From assembly GCA_963845065.1 (NCBI GenBank), contig CAWJQQ010000005.1, forward strand, positions 32,001 to 96,000: a stretch of 64,000 nt of DNA, given 5' to 3'. This document shows, in pieces, positions 1 through 10,200 of this stretch (position 1 is its first letter; every line of letters starts with the position of its first letter). The translations under genes were made by a program, and so were the position numbers. Under the pieces are notes generated by a model. It ran no database searches, was not told the DNA's origin, and saw only the letters and a program-made list of their open reading frames with translations. The DNA is from Nitrospirota bacterium (lineage in GTDB: Bacteria > Nitrospirota > UBA9217).

Positions 1-477
1 ACAGAACTCTTGCAACGAGTCGAAACCGCACGAGAACATCTCTCCGATTTCCTGATGAAGCCCTATCACAGACAACATCATATTTCTATATTTAGTTGCG
101 GCTTTCTGGCAGCGGCCATGTCTATTGCCGATTATTACAGCACTGAATAGTGTCATGAATAGGCTGAATTGTTGAACCATGCGGACATCAGGCCCTTCAT
201 CATAGAAGTCGTTGGATTAAACAGTTTTGCGTCTGCCTCCTTTCTGGAAGTGCAAGTCTTGGACGATGGCATTGAGCAAGTAAAGGCCGTATTGTCGATG
301 ACCGCCAAGGAGATCGGGAGGAGCTCGTTTACTCCCCATGTAACTATCGGATTTTATTCGAAGGCCCTTCAAAGCCGTGTTGGAGGCGAGAAACTCTCAA
401 ATTTTCAAAGCAAGCCAGTCAGACTCACCGTATGCCAGCTCACCTTTGCAACATACGAGGCGCGGGAAATAGCCTGA
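1..477 (+). pseudogene. 2H-phosphoesterase (2'-5' RNA ligase family) gene, 5'-truncated by window, interrupted by two in-frame TAG codons
   Basis: Frame 1 from base 1 reads ...PYHRQHHISIFSCGF...STE*CHE*AELLNH... and continues into ORF 169-477, which holds the second 2H motif FTPHVTIG. TAG codons at 148-150 and 160-162. Confidence 0.65.
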
Positions 478-658
478 GCAATGACTGTAAAACACAATGT
501 TGCCCTGCAGTCAGAGTAAACAAATACGAACTGCTAATCGGAGAATTGTCATACGCGAGTGTGGGGATAACGTGATCGTCGAATATACATAATGAAAGAC
601 ATTCCTCGGCTAGGCTTTTTTCTTTGCCATTTTTCTTGAACATGCTATAGTTTCCTTC

Positions 659-1906
659 ATGTCCGAACCGAAACCACCCCACGTTCCCATTCATTACGCT
701 TGGGTTATCGTCCTCACCGGCACTCTCTGCATCGTCGCCTGCCTCGGGTTCGGCCGCTTTGCACTCGGCATGTTACTACCGTCCATGGCAGCATCACTGA
801 ATCTTTCCTATTCGCAAATAGGCTACATCAGCACGGCCAACTTCGTCGGATATCTCTCGGCCGTCCTATTCTGCGGACGGATTGCAGGACGGATCGGCTC
901 TCAGCGGCTAATCGTGGCCGCGCTCATTTTGATCAGCGTCTCAATGGCGCTCATCAGCCGATCATCGAGTTTTTTGACGATATTACTCCTCTACATGATC
1001 ACTGGCATAGGGAGCGGAGCAGCGAACGTTCCTGTGATGGGTCTCATTACATCATGGTTCGACCGCACGATCCGCGGCCGGGCCGCTGGATTCGTGGTAA
1101 TCGGAAGCGGATTCGCCATCATCATCTCCGGCAAGCTCATTCCTTTTGTTAACAAACTCGTCGGTCCGGACGGCTGGAGGATCAGCTGGCTCATCCTCGC
1201 AGGTGCCATTGCGGCAATTGCCCTTATCAGCCATCAGTTCCTCAGAAACAAACCCGAAGACAAGGGGCTCTCCCCACTAGGCAGCGAAGGCAAAGAAATC
1301 ACCCCGGTTCTGCGTACAGCTGTTGATACAAAAAGCATCTACATAAACAAGACCATCTATCTTCTCGGCGCGATTTACTTCCTCTTTGGCTACACCTATG
1401 TGATATATGCGACGTTCATTGTTACCGCACTGGTTAGGGAGCGGGGCTTCTCCGAAGCGATCGCAGGCAATTTCTGGTCCTGGGTCGGGTTTCTAAGCCT
1501 CTTTTCCGGGCCTGTTTTCGGAACGCTTTCGGACAAGCTCGGAAGAAAGGCCGGGCTAATGATCGTCTTCTCGCTTCAGACGCTTGCCTACCTTCTTGCT
1601 GCAGCGAACCTCCCGCCGATGTTTCTCTATCTTTCGATAGGCTTCTATGGGATTGTGGCCTGGTCCATCCCCTCCATCATGGTCGCAGCCGTGAGCGAAT
1701 ACGTGGGCGTGGACGAGGCTCTTGCGGCCTTCGGCTTCATCACGTTCATCTTCGGCCTCGGTCAGATCACCGGCCCGTCAATCGCCGGCATCCTAGCTGA
1801 AAAGACTGGCAGTTTTTCATCAAGCTTCTTCATGGCAGCAGTCTTTGCCAGTGCGGCGATTCTGCTCACCGTCTTCCTGAAAAGACCCGATTCGGAACGG
1901 CTGTAA
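659..1906 (+). CDS. MFS transporter (YbfB/YjiJ-like)
   Basis: About 12 hydrophobic segments; GFGRFALGMLLPSM N-terminal motif; GTLSDKLGRK MFS motif A. Confidence 0.9.
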   Translation: MSEPKPPHVPIHYAWVIVLTGTLCIVACLGFGRFALGMLLPSMAASLNLSYSQIGYISTANFVGYLSAVLFCGRIAGRIGSQRLIVAALILISVSMALISRSSSFLTILLLYMITGIGSGAANVPVMGLITSWFDRTIRGRAAGFVVIGSGFAIIISGKLIPFVNKLVGPDGWRISWLILAGAIAAIALISHQFLRNKPEDKGLSPLGSEGKEITPVLRTAVDTKSIYINKTIYLLGAIYFLFGYTYVIYATFIVTALVRERGFSEAIAGNFWSWVGFLSLFSGPVFGTLSDKLGRKAGLMIVFSLQTLAYLLAAANLPPMFLYLSIGFYGIVAWSIPSIMVAAVSEYVGVDEALAAFGFITFIFGLGQITGPSIAGILAEKTGSFSSSFFMAAVFASAAILLTVFLKRPDSERL

Positions 1907-2573
1907 ACACATCTTTTAACTCGTCGCACTCGCTGAAAACGTGACAAGTACGCTTACTGTGATGATCTGTTTAATGGCATTCGTTATCATTGCTTATACC
2001 TCCGTGTCAATACGAATCACAGCGCTGTTTACAAGAACACGAATAACTGCTCTGCGCACTCCTGCTTCTTTCCATTTTGTTACACTACATGTTCGTTCGA
2101 CAAAACTACTTTTGAAAATTATATCACCCGCCTCCATGCATATTAAGGAGTACGATCAATCCCGCTGTATCGTCAAAGCAAATCCTTTGGTAGATGTGGA
2201 ACTTCATCAGAAGGCACAATGTTCCTTATAACAAACGTCACGATAGTATATTCTCATCGATCGGGTGCGCACCGTGCGCATTCACTATTGGCCGCAGAAA
2301 GACATCTGCGTCGACGCTAGTGGTTGGAGGAACCGGCATCAAAAGAATTCAAGATGCATGTCGGAAATAGTTCGAATTGATGGGAGCGAACAAAGGATTT
2401 ATTCGATGACGCCGATCACGGCACCGGCAACTACTGTGTGTTTTCTGTGTCATTGCAAGAGACTTCTTGTTCTCAGGTCTCTCCAGGTGTATATTGGCAT
2501 TCCGGATAGAAAGAGGGCTATGGCCTGATCAGTTCACACGATAGGGTGGGGTCCTCAAACTCGGGGAGAGACC

Positions 2574-3578
2574 ATGAAACGGAAAGCAATTGCCCTTTTT
2601 TCAGGCGGGCTTGACAGCACCCTAGCCATTTTGTTGATCCAGAAGCAAAACATCGATGTGCTGGCGATCACGTTTCTGACCGACTTCGGATGTGATATCA
2701 GTGATTACTCGTCGTGTTCGAAGAATCCCGGTCCCGCAGCTGCAAAATTCGGCTTCAGCCTCAAGCTTTGCCATCTGGGACAGAAGTTCATCGAAATCGT
2801 GAAAAAGCCTCACCACGGTCATGGCAAGAACATGAACCCCTGCATCGACTGCCGTATCCTGATGCTCCAGGAAGCCGGAGTTTTGATGGAGATGGTCGGC
2901 GCTGATTTTGTCCTCACCGGTGAAGTGCTGGGCCAGCGGCCAATGTCACAGCAGCGCAACACACTTAGCCTTATCGAGCGGGAGAGCGGCCTGAAGGGCC
3001 TCATCGTGCGGCCCTTGTCCGCCCAACTCATGCCTATAACCATCCCTGAGGCCCATGGGATAATTGACCGGGATCGCCTCTTGGCAATGAAGGGCAGAAC
3101 GCGAAAACCACAGATGGAACTTGCTCGCAAACTGGGACTGACGGACTATCCTACACCTGCAGGCGGCTGCCTCCTGACCGATCCAATTTACGCAAGACGT
3201 TTGCAAGACCTGCTCCGGGCGAATCCTGATCCTGACGACATGGACCTGAGACTCCTCCGGCTCGGGCGGCACTTCAGGCCCTCCAAGGCATGCAAAATAA
3301 TAGTTGGAAGAAACGAGACAGAGAACAACGCAATCGAAAAAATGCAAAGACCTGGCGATGTACATATGTATGTCGATGGCGTGGGAACCCCTTTCGTACT
3401 CCTGACCGGCCCTGAGGCAGAAAAACACCTTGATCTTGGTGCTTCGCTCTGTGCACGGTACTCGGATAAGAAGCTTGACCCCGAGGTACAAGTCACGATC
3501 ACGGGTAGCACAGGAACTTCCATGATCTGGACTAGACCGGCCGGGGAAGAGGTTGTTGACAACTATCGTATCCAATGA
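2574..3578 (+). CDS. PP-loop tRNA sulfurtransferase (ThiI/MnmA-like, with C-terminal DUF814-type region)
   Basis: SGGLDS PP-loop, NPCIDCR, TGEVLGQRPMSQ, PAGGCLLT and GRHFR motifs; GGAGAG RBS upstream. Confidence 0.85.
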   Translation: MKRKAIALFSGGLDSTLAILLIQKQNIDVLAITFLTDFGCDISDYSSCSKNPGPAAAKFGFSLKLCHLGQKFIEIVKKPHHGHGKNMNPCIDCRILMLQEAGVLMEMVGADFVLTGEVLGQRPMSQQRNTLSLIERESGLKGLIVRPLSAQLMPITIPEAHGIIDRDRLLAMKGRTRKPQMELARKLGLTDYPTPAGGCLLTDPIYARRLQDLLRANPDPDDMDLRLLRLGRHFRPSKACKIIVGRNETENNAIEKMQRPGDVHMYVDGVGTPFVLLTGPEAEKHLDLGASLCARYSDKKLDPEVQVTITGSTGTSMIWTRPAGEEVVDNYRIQ

Positions 3579-3657
3579 ATGCTCTCTCGGAAAGCAGGAT
3601 GGAACAGCGTGCTCGCGCTATCACGTACATGAACTCAACGCCGGTAAGGCAATGGCC

Positions 3658-5157
3658 TCAGGGGAAAAGCACTGTCTGATCTTTTCTAAGTTGATGGAAG
3701 CTCGCTTCGGGCATATGAAATACGTTCTTAAATATCCTGTTCATAACAAAAACAAGCTGACGGAATTTATATGCATCATGGTGTGAGTCACCCTTTCGCT
3801 CCGAATTGTGGAAGCTCTCCACATCGGATATGCGCAGCTCTACGCCCAGCGTGTGCTGCTCCGTTTTTCTTCTGATCTGGTCCCTTCTCGCATAGAGCGC
3901 TGTGCCCGGGATCATGATCTCATTCGTTTCCGCATCTCGATGGATCGGCACAGAAAAACCGATCTTGCATTGGAACTTCCTGTGGCCCCGGGAAGTATGT
4001 ACATTCTTTTCTGCGTTCATTCCCAACGCTTCAAAGAACTCCCTCGCATGGGCGAGAAGACTGCCCTCCTCCGGCGTTTCATTGCCTCCACCGCTTCGTG
4101 CAAGACTGATCAATAACCTCCGTACCGCCTCCCGCATGCTCTCCGGTCGATCGTAAAGTGTCTGGGTAATGGAGTGCGAAGCAGTGTTTTCCTGGAGAAT
4201 CACCCCGCGTTTTTGAAGAGCATGAAAGAGCTTCAGCGTGTCATCTGAGCTGTTTAGGATGAAAGTGATTGCAAGGATGTCCCTGATATCATATGCTTCT
4301 CCCTCTACGTTTTTTGCCAGTTTGGTGACCATGCTTTCCGGGCTTTTTAGCCGCGCCTTGATCTCAGCAATATCGACATCGACCCCATCCCCGCTGTTGA
4401 AGACAAGGCAACCTTTTGAAAGATCGAAAGCTACGGACTCTCGCAATCGGTGGAAAAAAGCTGAGATCTTGACAAAAGCCCGTTGAGCAGGTTCTGTATC
4501 GGGGATGTGCGCTGGATGCTCCCAATCGTAATGGTAGAGATCATCGAGACTCTGACCATGCATTTCTAAAAAAAATCCAAGCTGGACATAATCGTTGATG
4601 TCTTGGCTGTCCTCCTCGATTGACTTGATCAGGTAGCCCATCTTGAGCAGGGAACAAGCCGCCTTCTGCCAAACCGACGGCACAGCAAAATTTTTTCCCT
4701 GGAATCCGGAAAAAACGAAGGGATACTTTCGGGACGAAGCAAGCAGAAAAAGATGCCGAGGATCTTCATCTACTAAGTGCCTGAATTGTTTATCCTGCAG
4801 GACTGTTACTGTTGCACCGATGGCCTTCAGGCATGTCCTGTAAAGATCTGCATTTGGTGATTGTAGGCCAACAAGCTCTTCCAGCTGCTTAGTCGCAAAG
4901 GGGAAAAGGCCGTCGAAAAAATAGGCATAGGCGCGCATGATGTAGTGCGCCGCCCTTGCACGTTCGCTTTCCTGCAGCTTATCACTACCGAGCGTATCAA
5001 AGCCACGGTTTGCCATCATCCGTGTGGCCTGCTTGAGGGACGATGCGTAATCTCGTGCGGGTAAAAGCAGAAACGGCGTCATCTCGGTCCGGTCAAGGAT
5101 GGAACCGAAGATTTCATGATGAAGTTCCTGGTTAGACAATAAATTTTCCATGGACAA
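3658..5157 (-). CDS. Uncharacterised protein with a divergent RelA/SpoT synthetase-like nucleotidyltransferase domain (TIGR04552/TIGR04562-like)
   Basis: 499-aa ORF with ordered motifs RLKSPESMVTK, DIRDILAITF, TSRGHRKFQ, VELRISD and SHHDAYK, matching the order of RSH synthetase motifs. Confidence 0.65.
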   Translation of the reverse strand: MSMENLLSNQELHHEIFGSILDRTEMTPFLLLPARDYASSLKQATRMMANRGFDTLGSDKLQESERARAAHYIMRAYAYFFDGLFPFATKQLEELVGLQSPNADLYRTCLKAIGATVTVLQDKQFRHLVDEDPRHLFLLASSRKYPFVFSGFQGKNFAVPSVWQKAACSLLKMGYLIKSIEEDSQDINDYVQLGFFLEMHGQSLDDLYHYDWEHPAHIPDTEPAQRAFVKISAFFHRLRESVAFDLSKGCLVFNSGDGVDVDIAEIKARLKSPESMVTKLAKNVEGEAYDIRDILAITFILNSSDDTLKLFHALQKRGVILQENTASHSITQTLYDRPESMREAVRRLLISLARSGGGNETPEEGSLLAHAREFFEALGMNAEKNVHTSRGHRKFQCKIGFSVPIHRDAETNEIMIPGTALYARRDQIRRKTEQHTLGVELRISDVESFHNSERKGDSHHDAYKFRQLVFVMNRIFKNVFHMPEASFHQLRKDQTVLFP

Positions 5158-5206
5158 CCTTATTGCAGATCAGGCGCGTTATTCACCGTGGCCCATTATG
5201 GTAAAG

Positions 5207-5485
5207 CTAGATTTGAATATTCATATTAGTGCGCTCCAAAAAAAATTGATCCAATAGCGTTCTAAATAGTGATCTTAGGATATTGGAATCATTTTTAAAG
5301 ACGAATTTCCATTGTCCAATAAAAAGCCAATGAAAGCTTGAGGTACCCCAGCTCGGTACAGAGCCTATCAGCATGTGAATGTGGGACAGGAAACATAGAG
5401 ATAAAGACAGGAATCTCCGGATCAGTACGGCATCATCAGTGTTTTTTTCAATAAGGAGAACGGATATGGTTTTTGGCTCATCCAT
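5207..5485 (-). pseudogene. Response-regulator receiver N-terminal remnant
   Basis: MDEPKTISVLLIEKNTDDAVLIRRFL resembles REC beta1-alpha1 (VLLIEDN.DDA.LI); the sequence degenerates afterwards. Confidence 0.45.
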
Positions 5486-5754
5486 TGCCGCATTTACTTG
5501 CTGGCCGGGAACATGCGTTCAAGAACATCTCAATGGATAGTATAAGGATAGAACAGAAATGGTTAAATTTCAAGTTATGGTTCGAGTATATTTCACGTTT
5601 CCGTTCAATCATAATGCATTGAGCTAAGAGGATAGAAAGTTGCATTGGAGGGTTTTTTACATAGCTGAGACCCGGCGTTTTTCTTAGAAACTCATTAAAG
5701 AATACTTTAATGATACTACCTCCTGCTTTTTCCTGGGTTGTTCCAGCAGTCTAC

Positions 5755-5949
5755 TTACGGCAGACTCTCCCCCAGCAGTTCTACAGGAGGCTTCGTCCGA
5801 ATCAGCGTCTCTTCTCTGTCAAAGCTGACTTTGATCTGCATGATGTATCCCGGACAGTTCATGGCAATAAGTAGTGCGGACGTGTCCTTAGTGTCCTTAG
5901 TGTTCTTAAGCTTTTGCCCCGAAATATGTGCGGATAGCAGGCTCGCCAC
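5755..5949 (-). pseudogene. C-terminal remnant of a CCG-domain (Fe-S)-binding protein, containing a 9-bp tandem duplication
   Basis: KLKNTKDTKDTSALLIAMNCPGYIMQIK...VELL resembles the CCG C-terminus (KLKNI..TGA..V...CPGC.MQI); gtgtcctta repeated about 3 times at 5882-5908. Confidence 0.45.
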
Positions 5950-5955
5950 GCGGGG

Positions 5956-8481
5956 TCACTCAGAACTGATAAAGGCTTTCGCGTCTATTTTTCGAGCAAG
6001 ATAGGATGGTATAAGACTGGCCGCCAATGTGGAAATGAACAGCAGCAGCATGAGCAAAAAAATAGTGAGAAATGGCATCCGGACGCTAACTTCCCATCCG
6101 AACGAGATCCTATTAATTATGTGAGTTATCACGATGCTGATGGCGGAACCCATGAGGAAGCCCAGTGTGATTCCGGCGATAGCCACAATGCTTGCTGATA
6201 TTACCATGACCTGGCTGATCTGTTTCCATGTCGCGCCGAGGTACCGCAACACGGAGATCTCCCGCTTCCGTTCAAAAACAAGGATGAGGAGCGCGTTCAC
6301 CACGCCGATCAGGGAGATGATAATTGCTATCAGCTCAATCGCATAGGTTAGCGCAAAGCTCTTGTCAAAAATCCTCAGGACAGCATTTCGGAAATCATTA
6401 TTATCCGTAATGTCGAGTGCATATGAATTACCAATTTTCTGCTTAAGCTTCTGAATGAAACTTCTGGCAGACTGTCCTTTCGCGAGGTACACGCTTAGTT
6501 GCGTCGCGTCATCGAGCCCCCAGAATTCTTTGAGCCATCTCCTGTCCAGGTACAGGAAGCCAGACATCGTCGAATAACTGATGGCAGTGCTAATAACGGT
6601 AAAGGCGATCTTTCCCTTTGGCGTCTGGAGAAGAACGACATCGCCTCGCTTCAATCCGTACTTCACCTTCAGGTAATCCGAGATCGATATCTCGCGGTAT
6701 TGGGCAAACCTCCGCAGATGCTCCTTCTCTTCGCTACTGATATTTGGCCGGTATTTCGAAAGCAGATCGGAATTCCCAAACCCGGCTATGACCTTTTGAC
6801 CGAGTAGCTCGAGCTGGAGAGCGCGGTATCTACCAACCTTTTCTACGCCCGGCATGCGCTCCACAGTCCTTACGAGCTTACCAGCAAGGGGATCAAAACA
6901 GAAGTTCGATACGCATGAAGCGGGCTTGATGTACACATCGGCAGCAATGTAGATTTTGATCCAGTCGATAAATGAAGTTTTGAGGGAATACACCGATGAG
7001 ACGATTGCTACGATCAGGGCGGCGCTTACAGCAACACTCATGAGCGCGAGCGAAAACCGATAGCGGCTTCCTTTCATGTCTCCTACAGCAATCCGTGCGC
7101 CCGCGGAAAACAGTCTGGAGACCGGTTTCGGTGCTGCCTCCAAGCCGGCCCCGAGGTAAGCCGGTGCAAGCAGGGTACAGCCCAGTATGAACAGGACGAT
7201 CCCCCCATAGGAAAGCCAAGGAAAATTAAACCATGCATACCGGTAGTCCGCATAGGTGACTGCTGTCCCACACAGGATGGTGATAACGCCAGCGACTGAG
7301 AGAAACCTCAGGCTACCTCTAGAGGACCTCTCGAATGTTCCTTCTTGCGCGCTTTCGTTCGGCCTCACATTCGCAGATTGGAACGCAGGGACTATTGAGG
7401 CAAGAAAAGAAACGCTCAAGCCGAGGAGCAAGGTTCGCATGACATCATGCCACGTAATGACGAAATCCGGCAGCACAACGTTACCATAGAACCGGGTAAT
7501 TGTCTTCTGCACTGCCATAGTAGAAAACCATGCGACTAACTGGCCGAAGGCAATGCCGAGTAACGAGCCTAGGAGTCCTAAGACTACGCCTTGGATCGAG
7601 AAAAGAACAATTACCGTTTTCCGGTCCATGCCAAGTCCGCGAAGAATGCCTATCTCGGTCCGCCGTTTTACCACGGAAATGAAGATAGTATTATATAAAA
7701 GAAAAATGCTGACCAATACAGCAAGAAACGTGACGAACCGCAAATTGTATCGAAAACTTTCTACAAGTGACTGCTGGTTCTCAAGGACTTTCTCTTTCTT
7801 CACGATGGCAAGTCCAGGGAGAAGGACCTGGCCAATCGCTGATGCCGTTTTCTCATCAGCGTTCACCTCGATCCTGGTAAGTTGGCCGAACTTTTTGAAG
7901 TACTCCTGAAAGTTCCCGAGGTCCATAAAGACCCTGTTCTTCGGGATCAGTGAATTATCGATGACGTCCACGACTTGGAGCCGGTATTCTTTATCATAAA
8001 TAAAGGCACTGAAGGTGTTCCTTTTTTTGAGATTGTGCGCGTCGCTGAATTGTTTCGTGATAAGTACACCGTTCAGGTTTTTGAAGAAAGCCTCTATCTC
8101 GATTTTCTTTTGGACAGACATACCTGGCAAGGAGAGGGCCTTTACCGTATAAATTCCTTGAATATCGATGGCCTCATTCCATCCGGGAATTACGGCGTGT
8201 GCAGATAAGACCGGCATGCAGTTCTCCGTGATTGCCCTGACTGACCGGTATGTCTTTTCGGGGAAATCGGTCCCCGAGGAATCTACGATCTCATAGTTGA
8301 ACGTTGAATTGATTCCTACAATGTTTGCTTCAAAAGAGCCGACTGCCCGCTGTGCTGCAACGGAAACCCCCATAAACAAGCCGATGCCAAGCGCAATGCC
8401 GACGACTGAGAGAGTCGTAAGAAAACGTTCTGCCTTCATATTCCCAAGTACAATCAATTTTACGAGTGTCGCAAATCTCAT
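5956..8481 (-). CDS. FtsX/MacB-type ABC permease (AttF/G-like)
   Basis: 841 aa with two MacB-PCD/FtsX repeats; RRTEIGILRGLG and ERKREISVLRYLG motifs. Confidence 0.9.
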   Translation of the reverse strand: MRFATLVKLIVLGNMKAERFLTTLSVVGIALGIGLFMGVSVAAQRAVGSFEANIVGINSTFNYEIVDSSGTDFPEKTYRSVRAITENCMPVLSAHAVIPGWNEAIDIQGIYTVKALSLPGMSVQKKIEIEAFFKNLNGVLITKQFSDAHNLKKRNTFSAFIYDKEYRLQVVDVIDNSLIPKNRVFMDLGNFQEYFKKFGQLTRIEVNADEKTASAIGQVLLPGLAIVKKEKVLENQQSLVESFRYNLRFVTFLAVLVSIFLLYNTIFISVVKRRTEIGILRGLGMDRKTVIVLFSIQGVVLGLLGSLLGIAFGQLVAWFSTMAVQKTITRFYGNVVLPDFVITWHDVMRTLLLGLSVSFLASIVPAFQSANVRPNESAQEGTFERSSRGSLRFLSVAGVITILCGTAVTYADYRYAWFNFPWLSYGGIVLFILGCTLLAPAYLGAGLEAAPKPVSRLFSAGARIAVGDMKGSRYRFSLALMSVAVSAALIVAIVSSVYSLKTSFIDWIKIYIAADVYIKPASCVSNFCFDPLAGKLVRTVERMPGVEKVGRYRALQLELLGQKVIAGFGNSDLLSKYRPNISSEEKEHLRRFAQYREISISDYLKVKYGLKRGDVVLLQTPKGKIAFTVISTAISYSTMSGFLYLDRRWLKEFWGLDDATQLSVYLAKGQSARSFIQKLKQKIGNSYALDITDNNDFRNAVLRIFDKSFALTYAIELIAIIISLIGVVNALLILVFERKREISVLRYLGATWKQISQVMVISASIVAIAGITLGFLMGSAISIVITHIINRISFGWEVSVRMPFLTIFLLMLLLFISTLAASLIPSYLARKIDAKAFISSE

Positions 8482-9125
8482 GGCAATAACGCCCCATCGT
8501 GGATCCTGATTATCCGGGTCGCATAATTCGCTACGGCCTCATTATGGGTGACCAGGACAACGGTCTTTTTATCGCGTGTTGCCCTGTCTTTTATCAATTC
8601 GACGATGGACGTCCCGGTCCTGCTGTCCAGATTGCCTGTAGGCTCGTCAGCAAGGATGATCCTGGGCTCATGAATGAGCGCTCGCGCTATGGCGACCCGC
8701 TGCTGCTCACCTCCTGACAGGGCGGAGGGATAGTCGTTTTCTCTTCCAGCTAGACCGACCATTCGGATATATTCCGCTACCTTGGATTCTTGACGCTGTT
8801 CATTGTTCAGAAGAAGTGGCATTTCGATATTCTCAGAGACCGTTATATTCGGTAGGAGATTGAAGAACTGAAATATAAAGCCGACAGTTTTCCTACGATA
8901 AGCCGTGAGTTGCCCTTCGGTATATAACGAGACGATGTCCTGGTCCACTACGATCCTGCCTCGGTCGGGAACATCCATGCCACCGATCAAATTCAGGAGT
9001 GTGGACTTCCCTGAGCCTGAACTGCCCATGATCGCTATGAATTCCCCTGTGTCCACCACGAGGTTGATCCCGCGAAACACCACCCTTTTCCCATAATGCT
9101 TTTCAACGCTCTCGAGCCGTATCAT
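8478..9125 (-). CDS. ABC ATP-binding protein (LolD/AttE-like)
   Basis: Walker A GSSGSGKST, LSGGEQQRV signature, Walker B ILADEPTGNLD; 4-bp overlap with the permease. Confidence 0.95.
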   Translation of the reverse strand: MIRLESVEKHYGKRVVFRGINLVVDTGEFIAIMGSSGSGKSTLLNLIGGMDVPDRGRIVVDQDIVSLYTEGQLTAYRRKTVGFIFQFFNLLPNITVSENIEMPLLLNNEQRQESKVAEYIRMVGLAGRENDYPSALSGGEQQRVAIARALIHEPRIILADEPTGNLDSRTGTSIVELIKDRATRDKKTVVLVTHNEAVANYATRIIRIHDGALLP

Positions 9126-9138
9126 TCGATTTCACCAA

Positions 9139-10200
9139 TTATTCATACCCTGTCAGTTCCGCGTACGCCCGTCCCCGTGCGCTGCCTTCAACCGTGCACG
9201 TTCCTTCCCAGTAAGGATAAGGACTTTCTATTGACCGATCTCCGGTAAACTCCTGGTCCTCCAGCGATGGGGTGACAAGGAGTCTGAGGTTTTCCGAGGG
9301 GACAGTTATTTCCCACTTCGCAGGATAGCGGATACCGGTCTTTTTGGAAGTATAAAAGCTGATAGCCTCAATCCGATAGTCTTCTTTCGCGAGGTGCCTG
9401 AAGTTACCTTCGATACCTACCAGTGTTCCGGAGGAATATCGGTCAATGGACCCATCTTTTTTTCTTAATTCATAAAGCATGATCTCGCGACCGTCATCGA
9501 GCTGGATTGCGAACCAATCCCAGCCTGCTTCGTTTTTTGCCAAACCATGAGATGTAATCTCCCGATCGAACCAACTCTTGCCATGTACCGTAAAAATATT
9601 CGTGCCCAGTTTCACGGTTCCTGTCGTTTCAAGATCAGTGCAGGATAAGTAGAGCGATGCGATACGGGGCGATTCTTCCGATTTCCTTGAGTATCCCTTA
9701 TCGCCGTTCAAAATAATGGGTTTTCTCGGGATGAAAACCAGATTAAGGTCCACATCCTGAGCCCGGGCCTTGATAAGCATCCGCGCCAAGTCCCCTTCCA
9801 GCGTATTCTTGCCCACCCATACGCGTAGCCGTTTATTGTCCGCACCCGCAAACCCGTACGCCCCGGAATCGGCATTGCTGAAATGATAAAATTTAATTCC
9901 TTCGATATCGGAGATTGCGAAGTTGGTGAGGTATATATAGTTTACGCCAAATGCAGACCGGTACGGTCTCTTCTGGACACCTGCGACAAAAAACGTGAGT
10001 TCAAACCCGAATGCTCTCCCCTTCTTGTCGTGCAGATGGCCGGTGAAATACCACCATTGGATGCGGTAATCTCCCTGAAAGTAAAGGTCGCTTGGCAAGG
10101 TTACACTATCACCGGGAGCGATGTCTCGCCACTCATGGGCCTCTGTTGAAAGACACAATAGAAGTATTAAGGTTATGCAAATAAATAGTAATTTCTTCAT
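9139..10200 (-). CDS. Secreted AttH/CrtC lipocalin-like domain protein
   Basis: Signal peptide; QWWYFTGHL, SWFDRE, GWDWFAIQLDDG, YWEG and ELTGY motifs. Confidence 0.85.
   Translation of the reverse strand: MKKLLFICITLILLLCLSTEAHEWRDIAPGDSVTLPSDLYFQGDYRIQWWYFTGHLHDKKGRAFGFELTFFVAGVQKRPYRSAFGVNYIYLTNFAISDIEGIKFYHFSNADSGAYGFAGADNKRLRVWVGKNTLEGDLARMLIKARAQDVDLNLVFIPRKPIILNGDKGYSRKSEESPRIASLYLSCTDLETTGTVKLGTNIFTVHGKSWFDREITSHGLAKNEAGWDWFAIQLDDGREIMLYELRKKDGSIDRYSSGTLVGIEGNFRHLAKEDYRIEAISFYTSKKTGIRYPAKWEITVPSENLRLLVTPSLEDQEFTGDRSIESPYPYWEGTCTVEGSARGRAYAELTGYE

Noticed and set aside
1941..2528. ORFs 1941-2231 and 2265-2528
   Set aside because: No RBS, motifs or protein-like composition; treated as intergenic.
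5882..5908. 9-bp tandem repeat as a CRISPR or contingency locus
   Set aside because: Only about 3 units with no spacers; it is a slippage duplication inside a pseudogene.
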